DNA from: an uncultured Pseudomonadota bacterium
GTDB lineage: Bacteria; Myxococcota_A; Polyangia; Fen-1088
Reading direction: 5' to 3'
NCBI GenBank assembly: GCA_963847705.1
Contig: CAWKBC010000030.1
Span: 32,001-96,000, forward strand
DNA length: 64,000 bases
The number at the start of each line of letters is the position of its first letter. The first letter of the stretch is position 1. The notes under the pieces are model-generated. The model did no database searches. It was not told the origin of the DNA and was given only the letters and a program-made list of their open reading frames with translations. Position numbers and translations under genes: made by a program. Positions 22,240 to 31,353 of this stretch are shown piece by piece.

Positions 22240-23420
22240 TTCAGCTCCTTGAGCCGCGCCTCGACGTCGGCGCGGCGGGCGTCGTCTTTCCCCACCGCCT
22301 GCAGGTACTGGGTGAGCAGATCCTTGGCCTTGGCCGGGACCTTGTCGAAGTCCATGTAGAGGACGCCGAGATCGTAGAGCGCGGGCGGATAGTCGGGCTC
22401 GATGTCGAGCGCGCGTTCGTACGCCTTGCGGGCCTGATCGAATTTCCCTTCGCCACGCGAGGCGACGCCCAGCGCGACCTGCGACTCGGCGTCATTGGGA
22501 TCGATCTCCACCGCCTTCTCCAGATCCGCCCGCGCCTTCTTGTAGTCGCCGCAGTCGAGGTAGACGACCGCCTTGTTCAGGCGCGCCTGGACGTACTTGG
22601 GATCGAGCTCCGAAGCCTTTTGAAAGTCCAAGAAAGCCTCCTGGTCATGACCGCGTTCGAAGGCGACGAGGCCCAGGTTGTTCCAGACGAAAGCACTCTT
22701 GGGGTCGAGATCCGACGCCTTGTGCAGCGCGGTCTCGGCAAGTTCGAACTTCCCCATTTTATAGTAGGTCAGCGCCAGAGCGTTATAGGCAATTACGGTG
22801 TGGGAGACGTCCCCACCTGCCTCCGTCAGCAGCAAACGCGCCTGTTCCAGCGATTCGTCGAGCGTCGTCGATCCTTGTTCGCCCGCTTCGCGCAGCACCT
22901 GGCTGTAACGGGCGCGCATCTCGAAGTCGTTGGGGTCGGAGGTGAGCCAGCGGGAGTAGACCTCGCCCGCTCGCTTTCTACCTTGGCCGTTCTTCGAACG
23001 ACGCAGGCTCTCACCGTAGGCCAGCACCGTCTGGCGGGCGCCGGGCTGGATGTCGAGCGCGTGCTTGAAGTCGTCGGCCGCGACGTCGAAGTTGCCGAGC
23101 GCCGTCTCGACGACGCCGAGATCGTGCCAGGCCTCGAACAGGCGCCCGTCGAGCCGCGTGGCGCGCGTCAGCGGCTCGAGCGCGTCCTTGTAGTGCTTGC
23201 GCCCGGTGCGCATGATCCGGACGCCTTCATCAAACGCCGCTTGGGCTTCGGGGCTGGTCTTGGGCAAGGCCACCGGCGCGATCGGATTGACGGCCGTCGT
23301 CCCCGGAGGCGGGGCCTTGTGGGCGCAGGCGCCCAACAGTCCCCCGCTCAGCGTCGCCACGGCCAACACCCACGCCAACGCTCTCGATCGCAGCGAAAAC
23401 CACGCGAGCGCCGGGATCAC
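22236..23420 (-). CDS. GltE/AglT/NfsE-like TPR lipoprotein
   Basis: Lipobox LGAC, many TPRs (AWHDLG, VWNNLG, ALYDLG); GTG start uncertain because the frame is open up to 23939. Confidence 0.82.
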   Translation of the reverse strand: MIPALAWFSLRSRALAWVLAVATLSGGLLGACAHKAPPPGTTAVNPIAPVALPKTSPEAQAAFDEGVRIMRTGRKHYKDALEPLTRATRLDGRLFEAWHDLGVVETALGNFDVAADDFKHALDIQPGARQTVLAYGESLRRSKNGQGRKRAGEVYSRWLTSDPNDFEMRARYSQVLREAGEQGSTTLDESLEQARLLLTEAGGDVSHTVIAYNALALTYYKMGKFELAETALHKASDLDPKSAFVWNNLGLVAFERGHDQEAFLDFQKASELDPKYVQARLNKAVVYLDCGDYKKARADLEKAVEIDPNDAESQVALGVASRGEGKFDQARKAYERALDIEPDYPPALYDLGVLYMDFDKVPAKAKDLLTQYLQAVGKDDARRADVEARLKELK

Positions 23421-23500
23421 CACCTCCTCGCGCTCACGTGAACCCCGGGCCGCGCGGAATCGGGAGCCGCCCGCTCGATTCGTCTGATCCTCCGCACGGG

Positions 23501-23568
23501 ACTTTTTTCCGGCCGCGGTGAGCGCACCTGTCGATTCGAGGCCGCGCTCACCGCGGCCGGAAAAAAGT
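23501..23568. repeat. Perfect 25-bp inverted repeat with an 18-nt loop
   Basis: ACTTTTTTCCGGCCGCGGTGAGCGC (23501-23525) and its exact reverse complement (23544-23568); extendable by CCTCCGCAC/GTGCGGAGG. Confidence 0.9.
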
Positions 23569-23697
23569 TCATGTGCGGAGGCGGAGGGGAGAACGAGCGG
23601 GCGACCTTGATTCCGCACATGCCCGGGGTTCACGGGCGGCGCGTTTACGCGCGGCGAGTTCAGGTTCGGTATCGCGCCGACTGGGACAGAGCGCGCG

Positions 23698-23915
23698 GCC
23701 GATGCGCGAAGCGCGAGGCCCGTGAGGCGTGCCGATGCGCGAAGCGCGAGGCCCGTGACGCCCGCGCGACATGCCGATGCGCGAAGCGCGAGGCCCGCGA
23801 GGCCCGTGAGGCGTGCCGATGCGCGAAGCGCGAGGCCCGCGACGCCCGCGCGACATGCCGATGCGCGAAGCGCGCGGCCCGCGCGGCCCGCGCGGCCCGC
23901 GACGCCCGCGCGGCC
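23698..23915. repeat. REP-like tandem array, 5 copies of GCCGATGCGCGAAGCGCG(A/C)GGCCCG
   Basis: Units start at 23698, 23731, 23773, 23815 and 23857 (spacing 33/42/42/42) and contain 9-bp sub-repeats. Confidence 0.9.
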
Positions 23916-23928
23916 GCGGGTGGGGCGT

Positions 23929-26900
23929 CTATTGATCACGTCGCACCTCCTCGATCCGGTCGAGCGTCACCCGTGGCTCGCCTGGGCGGGTGGAGAGCCG
24001 CAGCTCGGCCTCCTTGGGGAATTCGTTTTCGGCCAGGCGCCCCAGCGCCTGCCGGATCGCTTGCGTGTGCTTGTTGTAGACGCCGATCTGCAGCGCGCGC
24101 GCGTAGCCGGACTTGTAGGCGTCGATCGCCTTGTCCTCGATCACCACGATGACCTTCTCCAGCTCGTCGCGGTACATCTGCTTCTCGTCTTCCTTGAGGT
24201 CCTTCGGGACCGGCGCGTTGCGCATCGCCTTGGCGAAGGCCTCGTAGCCCTGGCCGATGCGCAGCAGCGAGGCCGTTGCCCACTCGGGTGACTTGTAGGT
24301 GACGACGTCGAGATAGATCGACTTCGCCTCTTCGAGCCGCTTGGCCTTCTCCTCGAGGACCTTGGCGAGCTGCCTCGGCTTGCCGGCGATCTTGATCTTC
24401 TCGTAGTCGAGGTAGGCCAGCTCGCCCTGGATGTAGCGGGCCTCGGCGGCGTAGTAGCTTCCTTCGTCGCTCCCCTTGCCGTGCTTGCCGTAAGCGGCCA
24501 GCGCCTTGGCGGCGGTCTCCTTGGCGGCGGCGTCGTTGCCGGCCTTGAGGTGCGCATCGGCCTCGCGGGCCAGCGCCTCGACGGTCTTGCCGTCGCCCGG
24601 GTAGACCTTGCTGAAGGCGGCGAACGAGGCGGCGGCGCCGCGCCAATCCTTCTGATCCTCGCGCACGACGGCGGCCTGAAAGGCGACGTCCTTGGCGTCG
24701 GGGCGGTCCTTGTAACGCCTGGCATACTCGCCGTAGTGCTTGATGGCCCGGTCGTGCTGGCCCAGGCTCTGGCGCAGGACGCCGGCGGAGCGGAGCGCGT
24801 CGGCGGCGTGGCTGTTCTGCGGATACTTCGCGGCCAGCTGTTCGTAAAGGCCGGCGGCCTTGTCGTAGTAGGCGATGTTCTCCTCGATGCGGGCGGCGGT
24901 GAAGAGCGCCTCGGGGGCCTCGCTGGCCGCGGGATACGTGTCGGCCAGCTGCTTGTAGGCGGCGACCGCCTCGTCCTGCTTCTTCTCCTTTTCGTAGACC
25001 ACGGCCGCGTTGTTGAGCGCCTTGGGGGCGTAGCCGTTCTGCGGATACTCGTTCGGCACCCGCAGGAAGAAGGCGGCCGCCTTGTCGTACTCGCCGCTCT
25101 GCGCGTACTTCTCGCCCGACTTCATGACCGCGCCGACGATCAGCTTGTCGAGGCGATCCTGCTCGTCCTTCGAGGCGAAAGCCTTGGTCTTCTTGAGGCG
25201 GCGCGCCCAGCTCTCGATGTTCTCGTAGTCCTTGGCCTTGCCGAGCGCCTGCAAGATGCGATCGCCGGCGGCGCCCGCGTTGGGGTCGTCGGGGTAGCGC
25301 TCGACGATCAGGCCGAACCGCTTGACCGCCTCGTCGTAGTCGCCGTAGTCGAAGAAGAACTGCCCGTTCTTGTAGATGACGGTGACGATCTCCTTGTCGT
25401 TGGGGAAAAGCGTGGCGTAGAGGTCGGCCGCCTCGCCGAACAGGCGATCGCTGTCGGTGATCTCGCGCTTGCCGGCGCCGGCGCCGTTGCTGGGGATCGG
25501 CTTGCGGACCTTCTCGAAGGCCCCCATCGATTGCAGGAGCGCGTCCTTGTGGTACTTGCCGACCGGCTGGGTCTTGCCGACGGCCAGGTACTCGCGGCCG
25601 GCGTCCTCGTATTTGCCGAGCTTGAAGTAGAGGATGTCGGCGCGCAGGTAGCGCAGCTCGGCGGCGTCGAGCGCCTCGGGGAAGTTGGCCAGGTAGAACT
25701 GGTAGGCCTCGGCGGCGCGCGCGTAACGATCCTTGTCGACGACCTTGGTCGTCTTCTCCGTCTGCTGCGCCTCGGCGTGCATCGTCTTGGCCAGGTTGCG
25801 GATCAGCCCCTCGGCCATGGTGCGGGCATGCTCGACCGCCTTCGGACGATCCTTGTTGGCGGTGGCCCAGGCGCTGCGGGGGCCGTAGTCGCCGGCCAGC
25901 TTCCGCATCTCCTCGACGGCGGTCTTGGTGTCGCCGAGGAGCTGATACCCCTCGACGATCTTGCCGGCGTGGTCGGGGGCGTCGCTGGCGTTGGGATCGA
26001 GCTCGATGAGCAGCCGATAGGCCTCGACCGCGCGCTCGTAGCGGGTCTGGTCGAAGACCGTGTCGGCCAGCTGCTTCAGAACCTTGCGCGAGTATTGCTT
26101 GCCGCCGATCTGGGCCAGGAACTCGAAGGCGTCGCGGGCCGTCTTGGTGTCATCCTCCGTGAAGAGCTCGACCAAATAGTCGAGCGCCTCGCCCTGCAGC
26201 TCCTCGGCCCGCTTCTGCTGCTCCTCGCTGCGCCCCGCCTTCTTCTTGGCGAGATCGAGCACGTCCTTGAACCGCAGCGCCGACTTGGTGGTGTCGCCCA
26301 GCTTCCAGTAGCACCAGGCGGTCTTGAACAGCGCCAGATCGTAGAGCGTCGACTGGGGGTGCTCGAGGACCTTCTCGTAGGCCTCGAGGGAGGTCTTGTA
26401 GTCCTGCTGCTCGTAGAAGCGGTACTCGGCGATCGCCATCCAGGCGTCGGCGATGTAGCGGGAGCGCGGGTACTTATCGAGGATGATCTGGAAGTACCTG
26501 ATCGACTCGCCCAGCTTCCCCTGATCGCGCAGCGAGAAGGCGTAGAGGTAGATGACCGTGTCGATCTTGCGGAACTTCGGGTACTGGTCGATGAGCTGCA
26601 GGTAGGTCGCCTGCGCGCGGCTCAGATCGATGGTCGGCGGGCGGTGCGGAACCTTCGGGCATTCCGCGCGATCGGCGTGACAGGCCGACACCGCCGCCTG
26701 ATAGCGCCCCATCTTCTCGAGGTAGACCTCTTTCGACTCCTCCCAGTAGAGCTCGGCCAGCTTGTAGAGGGACTCCGCCTGCTCCTTGGCGCGGAAGCCG
26801 GCCGACCCGCGCGGGTTCTCATGCAGGTAGGCCTCGAGGAGGCGGATCGCCTCCCGCCGCGCCTCGGTGATCTGCCCTTCCTTCTCTTCCAGCGCCTTTT

Positions 26901-27114
26901 GCAGGATCGGCGGCAGCGTCTTCTCGGGCTCGCTCGCCTTGTCGTCGTCGCCCTTGCCGCCTTTGCCGTTCTTGTCGGCGGGCCTGTCCGCCGCGGCGAA
27001 CGCGGTTCCGCGCGGCGCCAAGAGCGGCAACGTCAGCGCGAGCGCACCGACGATCGACAGGGCGAAGCGCCGCGACCGGGCGAGGCCCGCTCTATTTGAA
27101 GTTCTCGTACTCAT
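23929..27114 (-). CDS. GltD/AgmU/NfsD-like large periplasmic TPR protein
   Basis: Signal peptide, >1000 aa of TPR/YfiO-like repeats; C-terminal EWATASLLRIGQ...YRDELE...IEDKAIDAY typical of GltD. Confidence 0.85.
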   Translation of the reverse strand: MSTRTSNRAGLARSRRFALSIVGALALTLPLLAPRGTAFAAADRPADKNGKGGKGDDDKASEPEKTLPPILQKALEEKEGQITEARREAIRLLEAYLHENPRGSAGFRAKEQAESLYKLAELYWEESKEVYLEKMGRYQAAVSACHADRAECPKVPHRPPTIDLSRAQATYLQLIDQYPKFRKIDTVIYLYAFSLRDQGKLGESIRYFQIILDKYPRSRYIADAWMAIAEYRFYEQQDYKTSLEAYEKVLEHPQSTLYDLALFKTAWCYWKLGDTTKSALRFKDVLDLAKKKAGRSEEQQKRAEELQGEALDYLVELFTEDDTKTARDAFEFLAQIGGKQYSRKVLKQLADTVFDQTRYERAVEAYRLLIELDPNASDAPDHAGKIVEGYQLLGDTKTAVEEMRKLAGDYGPRSAWATANKDRPKAVEHARTMAEGLIRNLAKTMHAEAQQTEKTTKVVDKDRYARAAEAYQFYLANFPEALDAAELRYLRADILYFKLGKYEDAGREYLAVGKTQPVGKYHKDALLQSMGAFEKVRKPIPSNGAGAGKREITDSDRLFGEAADLYATLFPNDKEIVTVIYKNGQFFFDYGDYDEAVKRFGLIVERYPDDPNAGAAGDRILQALGKAKDYENIESWARRLKKTKAFASKDEQDRLDKLIVGAVMKSGEKYAQSGEYDKAAAFFLRVPNEYPQNGYAPKALNNAAVVYEKEKKQDEAVAAYKQLADTYPAASEAPEALFTAARIEENIAYYDKAAGLYEQLAAKYPQNSHAADALRSAGVLRQSLGQHDRAIKHYGEYARRYKDRPDAKDVAFQAAVVREDQKDWRGAAASFAAFSKVYPGDGKTVEALAREADAHLKAGNDAAAKETAAKALAAYGKHGKGSDEGSYYAAEARYIQGELAYLDYEKIKIAGKPRQLAKVLEEKAKRLEEAKSIYLDVVTYKSPEWATASLLRIGQGYEAFAKAMRNAPVPKDLKEDEKQMYRDELEKVIVVIEDKAIDAYKSGYARALQIGVYNKHTQAIRQALGRLAENEFPKEAELRLSTRPGEPRVTLDRIEEVRRDQ

Positions 27115-28906
27115 CCGACCAGTACTCGCCCTCGAACGGCCAGTACTCCTCGTCATCGCCCATCAACCCCTCGAGCTGGAGGGTGGCGAACAGCTCAGCC
27201 GGGTAGCGGCCGTCGCGCAGGTGCTCGACCTCGATCTCCAGCTTCTTCTTCTTGCCGATGATGGCGTCGATCTGGGTGAGCCGCGCCTGCCGGAGCAGAT
27301 CGCGCAGCCGCTTGTCCAGATCCGCCAGCGCCTTGCCGGCGATGAGCCCTGTCGCCGTGACCAGGTGCGCGCGCAGCTTCCGTGCCTCGGCGCCCAGGGC
27401 CAGCGTCGCCGCCGCCTCCTTGGCGAAGGGGCCGCTGCCGACGTTCTTGAGCCGCGCCGCCCGGTGCGCCTCGTCGGCGAGCTGGCTCACGCGCTCTTCC
27501 ATCTCCGGATCGCCGGCGGCCAGCGGGCGCAGCGACTCGACGTCCTGCACCAGGCGCACCGCCTCGGTGGCGTCGACCCCCTCGGCCTGGCCGTCGATCT
27601 GCGCCTTCTGGTGCGCGGTCAGCTCGTCCCAGATGGCGACCTCGTTGGGGATCCGGCCGGCCTCGCGATCGAGCGCCTGAATGTCGCCATAGAACTTGTA
27701 GAAGCGCGGGTCGACCTTGAGCAGATCGGCGATCGGATCGTGCGGCGTGGCGATCGAGGCCTTGCTGAGCAGCCGCCGGTAGAGCGCGCCGCGCTTGGCC
27801 GGGTCCTTGAGCAGCGCCGCCACCTGCACCTCGATCGGGCCGTAGACCTGCACGAACCTCTCCAGCGTGGCCCGCACGGTGTCGAACTGGCAGGACTTGA
27901 GGTCGATCATCGCGTGCAGCAGCATCACGTCGGGCGCCAGCGGCGAGGCGGGGAAGTTGTGGTCGAACTCCTCCAGAAACGCGCGGGCCGCCTCGTACTC
28001 CCCCTTCTGGAACATCGACCACGACGCCTCGAAGAGGGCGTCGGGCAGGCGATCGGAATCGGCGGGGACCCGGAAGTAGAAGTAGTAGGCGTCGTCGTAC
28101 TTCCCCTGCTCGTGGGCGATCCGGCCGAGCGCCAGATAGGCCAGGTCCTTGACCGCGAAGTAGCGGCCGTCGATGAAGAAGGTGAAGCGGTCCTGGTCGG
28201 CCTGCTCGACGATCTCGCACAGGTTGCGGCGGGCCGAGGCGAAGTGATTCTGGCGGGCCTGGATGAGGCCGCGGAAGTAGAGGGCGGCCGCGTAGAAGCG
28301 CGACTGGCGGTCGACCGCGGAGAAGAGCGCCTCGGCCTGGGCGGCGGCGCCGGTCTCGTAGGCGACCTTGCCGGCCAGGTAGGCGTGCTCGGCGGCGCTG
28401 TCGCGGGGCAGCGCCTCTCCGCGGGCCTGATCGTAATGATCGAGCACCGCGAGCATCTCGGCCTCCTCCTTGGTCTCGAGCGCGATGTCGACCAGGGCGC
28501 GGTAGGCGGGGGCGAACTGCGGGGCCTGGGGTCCGCGGGCGAGAACGCGCAACAGGTAGCGCTCGGCGCTCTTGGTTCCGCCCGCACGGATGAGGGCGCG
28601 CGCCAGGGTCAGCTCGGCGGTGGCGTAGTCGGGCGCGTACTCGAGCTGAACGTAGCGCTGCGACTCGACGATCTTGTAGAGACGGACGCTGGCGATCTCG
28701 GCGTTGCCGGTGACCAGATCGTCCTCGGCGGCGGCCAGCTCTTCGCGCAGCTTGTCCAGCGTCGCCGGCGTCTTGTCGCCGCCGAGCACGCCCGCCTTCT
28801 CCAGGTCGGTGAGATAGCGCGCCATCGGGTCGCCGGCCTGTGGCTGTGCCTTCGCCGTTGGGGCCTCGGCGGGCTGGCAGAGCAGGGTGACCAGGAGCGC
28901 GATCAT
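27092..28906 (-). CDS. GltC/NfsC-like TPR protein
   Basis: TPRs, [16 protein letters not shown] and the C-terminal GltC-type motif [13 protein letters not shown]. Confidence 0.85.
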   Translation of the reverse strand: MIALLVTLLCQPAEAPTAKAQPQAGDPMARYLTDLEKAGVLGGDKTPATLDKLREELAAAEDDLVTGNAEIASVRLYKIVESQRYVQLEYAPDYATAELTLARALIRAGGTKSAERYLLRVLARGPQAPQFAPAYRALVDIALETKEEAEMLAVLDHYDQARGEALPRDSAAEHAYLAGKVAYETGAAAQAEALFSAVDRQSRFYAAALYFRGLIQARQNHFASARRNLCEIVEQADQDRFTFFIDGRYFAVKDLAYLALGRIAHEQGKYDDAYYFYFRVPADSDRLPDALFEASWSMFQKGEYEAARAFLEEFDHNFPASPLAPDVMLLHAMIDLKSCQFDTVRATLERFVQVYGPIEVQVAALLKDPAKRGALYRRLLSKASIATPHDPIADLLKVDPRFYKFYGDIQALDREAGRIPNEVAIWDELTAHQKAQIDGQAEGVDATEAVRLVQDVESLRPLAAGDPEMEERVSQLADEAHRAARLKNVGSGPFAKEAAATLALGAEARKLRAHLVTATGLIAGKALADLDKRLRDLLRQARLTQIDAIIGKKKKLEIEVEHLRDGRYPAELFATLQLEGLMGDDEEYWPFEGEYWSDEYENFK

Positions 28907-29604
28907 TTTTCCGTCTTCAGCTCGAGCTCGATCTCCGGTTCGTACCCGGGGAGATCGCCATCGTCGTCGGCGGTGAACGCCACGGTGGTCGTCCCGGCGT
29001 CGGGGACCTGGACCACGAACGTCTGTTCGGATTCGTAGCCCAGATCGGCGTGTTCCTTTTCGCCCTTCTTCCCGGGGCGGACCTCGATCTTCACCGTGAC
29101 CGTGTGCGGCCCCGGCTTGATCGGCCGCTCCGACACCTTGATGAGCTCGTCGACCAGCGGCTTTTCACCGGAGTCCCAGATGGAGTTGCCGTCGAGGCGG
29201 ATCTCCGCCCGGTGGAGGATGAAGTCGGGCGCGCCCTTCCAGCGCAGGGTCGCCCCCAGCTTGGAGGCATAGATCCCCTCCTCGACCAGCTCGGCCCGGG
29301 CGCGGGCGCGGAACAGCTCGTCGCGCAGGCGATCGTACTCCGCCCGCAGCTTGGCGAGGTCGATGGTGGCCGCCACGGGCGGGGCCGTCTCGTTGGCGCC
29401 GTTTCCGCTGCTGGCGCCGTTTCCGCTGCCGGCCGGCGGCGCGGCGCTCTTGTCGGCGGGGTGCCCGGCGTCGGGACTCCCCGAGGTCGCCTCGGCGCTG
29501 GAATCGTTCTTTCCCGCCTTGGCCGCGCGCGCCGGGAGGGCGCCGGCCGTCAGCGAAACGAGCGGCAACGCGATCACCAATGTCGATAGCCTGGGCAGCT
29601 TCAT
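28903..29604 (-). CDS. Secreted hypothetical protein (coiled coil plus beta-sandwich) in the glt-like operon
   Basis: Signal peptide, low-complexity linker, LRAEYDRLRDELFRARAR helix, IKPGPHTVTV; ATGA coupling to the gltC homolog. Confidence 0.8.
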   Translation of the reverse strand: MKLPRLSTLVIALPLVSLTAGALPARAAKAGKNDSSAEATSGSPDAGHPADKSAAPPAGSGNGASSGNGANETAPPVAATIDLAKLRAEYDRLRDELFRARARAELVEEGIYASKLGATLRWKGAPDFILHRAEIRLDGNSIWDSGEKPLVDELIKVSERPIKPGPHTVTVKIEVRPGKKGEKEHADLGYESEQTFVVQVPDAGTTTVAFTADDDGDLPGYEPEIELELKTEK

Positions 29605-29609
29605 CGTCG

Positions 29610-30374
29610 TTACTCCGTGAAGGGGACGTACATGCTCACGCCGACGGTGGTGGTGAGGTCGTTGACGACCATCACCTGGGAGAGCAGCTGTTGCCGGTAG
29701 ACGTGGTCGCGCACGTCGAAGCGAATGGCGAAGATGTGCCCAAGAAAAAATTTCAACCCGAAGCCGCCGTTGCCGGCCAGATCTTCAGAGAGGACCGAAT
29801 CGACCAGACCGCCGCCCAGCGCCAGGTAGAAGTCGAAGTGGGTGATCGAGCCGCCGAGGCGCATCTTGGCGTGCGCCGGCACCCAGATCAGGTCGGCGTC
29901 GAAGTAGAGCTCGGTGCGCGGCTTGCCGGCCAGCACGCTGAAGGTCCGCTCGAGCTCGGGGCCGCCCGACGAGGTGAGGCGCGTGTATGCCGCCGACGCC
30001 TCGACGCCGAGGTCCTCGGTCATGTGATAGGTGTAGGCGCCACCGAAGGTGTAGGTGCCGTCGAAGAGATCGGAGACGTAGTAGCCACCCTGCAAGGTCA
30101 GCTCGTGGCGGTTGGCTTGCTGAAAGAGACGCTCGCGGCTGGTGCGCTGCTTTCGCTTGGCGAAGAGATCCGCCTTGATGTTCTCGTCGATGCAGGCGTC
30201 TTGGTGTTCGGGACCCTGAGAGGGTCCCGCGCCCCCCGCGATGGGCTCGGACGAGCTGAGCTCGTCCTCCCCCGACGCGATCCCGCCTGGCTGTGCGTCG
30301 TCGGCCGCCGCGCTGGTGGCGGTTCCAGCCAGCAGCAGGGCGGCGCCGACGGCGATGAGACCTAGCCTAGCCAT
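29610..30374 (-). CDS. GltA/GltB-type myxobacterial outer-membrane beta-barrel
   Basis: RHELTLQGGYYVSD...YTYHMTEDLGVE, WVPAHAK, HFDFYLALGGG, RFDVRD. Confidence 0.85.
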   Translation of the reverse strand: MARLGLIAVGAALLLAGTATSAAADDAQPGGIASGEDELSSSEPIAGGAGPSQGPEHQDACIDENIKADLFAKRKQRTSRERLFQQANRHELTLQGGYYVSDLFDGTYTFGGAYTYHMTEDLGVEASAAYTRLTSSGGPELERTFSVLAGKPRTELYFDADLIWVPAHAKMRLGGSITHFDFYLALGGGLVDSVLSEDLAGNGGFGLKFFLGHIFAIRFDVRDHVYRQQLLSQVMVVNDLTTTVGVSMYVPFTE

Positions 30375-31210
30375 AGGCTCAGCCCCGCGAGGACGGTGAC
30401 GTTGTTGGTGATGCGCCCGCGTCCCAGAACCTCCTGCGGCAAGAGAAAGTCCCGCAGGTCGAGCCGGAAGGAGAAGAACCGGTTGAAGTAGAGCTTGGCG
30501 CCGACGCCGGCCTCCCAGGTCAGCCCCAGCACGCTGGGGTCGGCGGTGCGGCCGGCGCCCACCACCGCGAACAGATCGCCGTGGATGATCGTCGTGTCGC
30601 TGAACTTGAACTTCGCGTGAATGGGCGACCAGAGCAGCGACGCGATCCCTTGCCAGGCGACGGTGGGCGAAAAGTGGGTCTGCTGGTCGAACGCCGTGAA
30701 GGGCTGCTCCAGCCGAAACTGCATCGGCGTTCGGGTGAGGAGAAACTCGAGGCCGAAGTCCTCCGACGGATAGAAGGCGACCGCGCCGCCGTAGCTGTAC
30801 GTCGACGACAGCGCGTCGGAGGCGTAGAAGCCGCCCAGCCCCGACAGCTCGAAGCGGTGCTTCTTGAGAAAGTCGCGGCGCTGGACTCCCTTGCGTTTGC
30901 CGCCGGTGGCGTCCCCTTCCAGGCAGGCGAGCCCGTGCAGCGCCGACTCGGCCGACTCTGCCTCGTCCCCGCCTTCGTCGTCGTTGTCGCCCGAGGCCTC
31001 TTCGCTCGATTGACTGGTCGCGGAGGAGGCGTCGCGCGCATCGCTGGCCGGCGTCGCGTCGTCGTTGTCGCCGCTGTCGCCGCTGTTGTGGTCCGCGGTC
31101 TCGAACGGGTTGTCCGTCGGCTTAGAGCCCGCCCCCGGGGGCGCGGCCAACGCCGAGGTCCCGTTGGTGAGCCCGTAAGCCAGAGCGATCACGACTGTCG
31201 CACGTACCAA
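30362..31210 (-). CDS. GltA/GltB-type myxobacterial outer-membrane beta-barrel
   Basis: FLKKHRFELS, WSPIHAK, HGDLFAVVGAG, RLDLRD; paralog of the neighbouring gene. Confidence 0.85.
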   Translation of the reverse strand: MVRATVVIALAYGLTNGTSALAAPPGAGSKPTDNPFETADHNSGDSGDNDDATPASDARDASSATSQSSEEASGDNDDEGGDEAESAESALHGLACLEGDATGGKRKGVQRRDFLKKHRFELSGLGGFYASDALSSTYSYGGAVAFYPSEDFGLEFLLTRTPMQFRLEQPFTAFDQQTHFSPTVAWQGIASLLWSPIHAKFKFSDTTIIHGDLFAVVGAGRTADPSVLGLTWEAGVGAKLYFNRFFSFRLDLRDFLLPQEVLGRGRITNNVTVLAGLSLWLG

Positions 31211-31219
31211 CGCGGAAAA

Positions 31220-31249
31220 ATCGTAGCCCTAGCGCACTGCGCTTGGCAA
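31220..31249 (-). promoter_or_regulatory. Sigma70-like promoter of the glt-like operon with a spacer palindrome
   Basis: Minus strand TTGCCA-N18-TACGAT; spacer contains AGCGCA-N-TGCGCT (31231-31243). Confidence 0.45.
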
Positions 31250-31353
31250 GGTTCGTCATTCGTCGTTCATCCTTTTGTGCGACGGAAAATGAAGATCTTT
31301 GCAGTGCGGGTAAGATGCTTCACGACGTGCTCGACCGGAAGGTGGGCGACGAA

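Noticed and set aside
23501-23568. Rho-independent terminator
   Set aside because: The U-tract is on the wrong side of the stem on both strands, and it lies within an operon.
23698-23915. CRISPR array
   Set aside because: Inter-repeat segments are only 8-17 bp, are themselves repeated, and no cas genes are present.
24481-27099. Long antisense ORFs (also 8984-11785, most of 38992-42288, 57996-60956 and others)
   Set aside because: Typical stop-free shadows of GC3-rich genes with no recognisable motifs.
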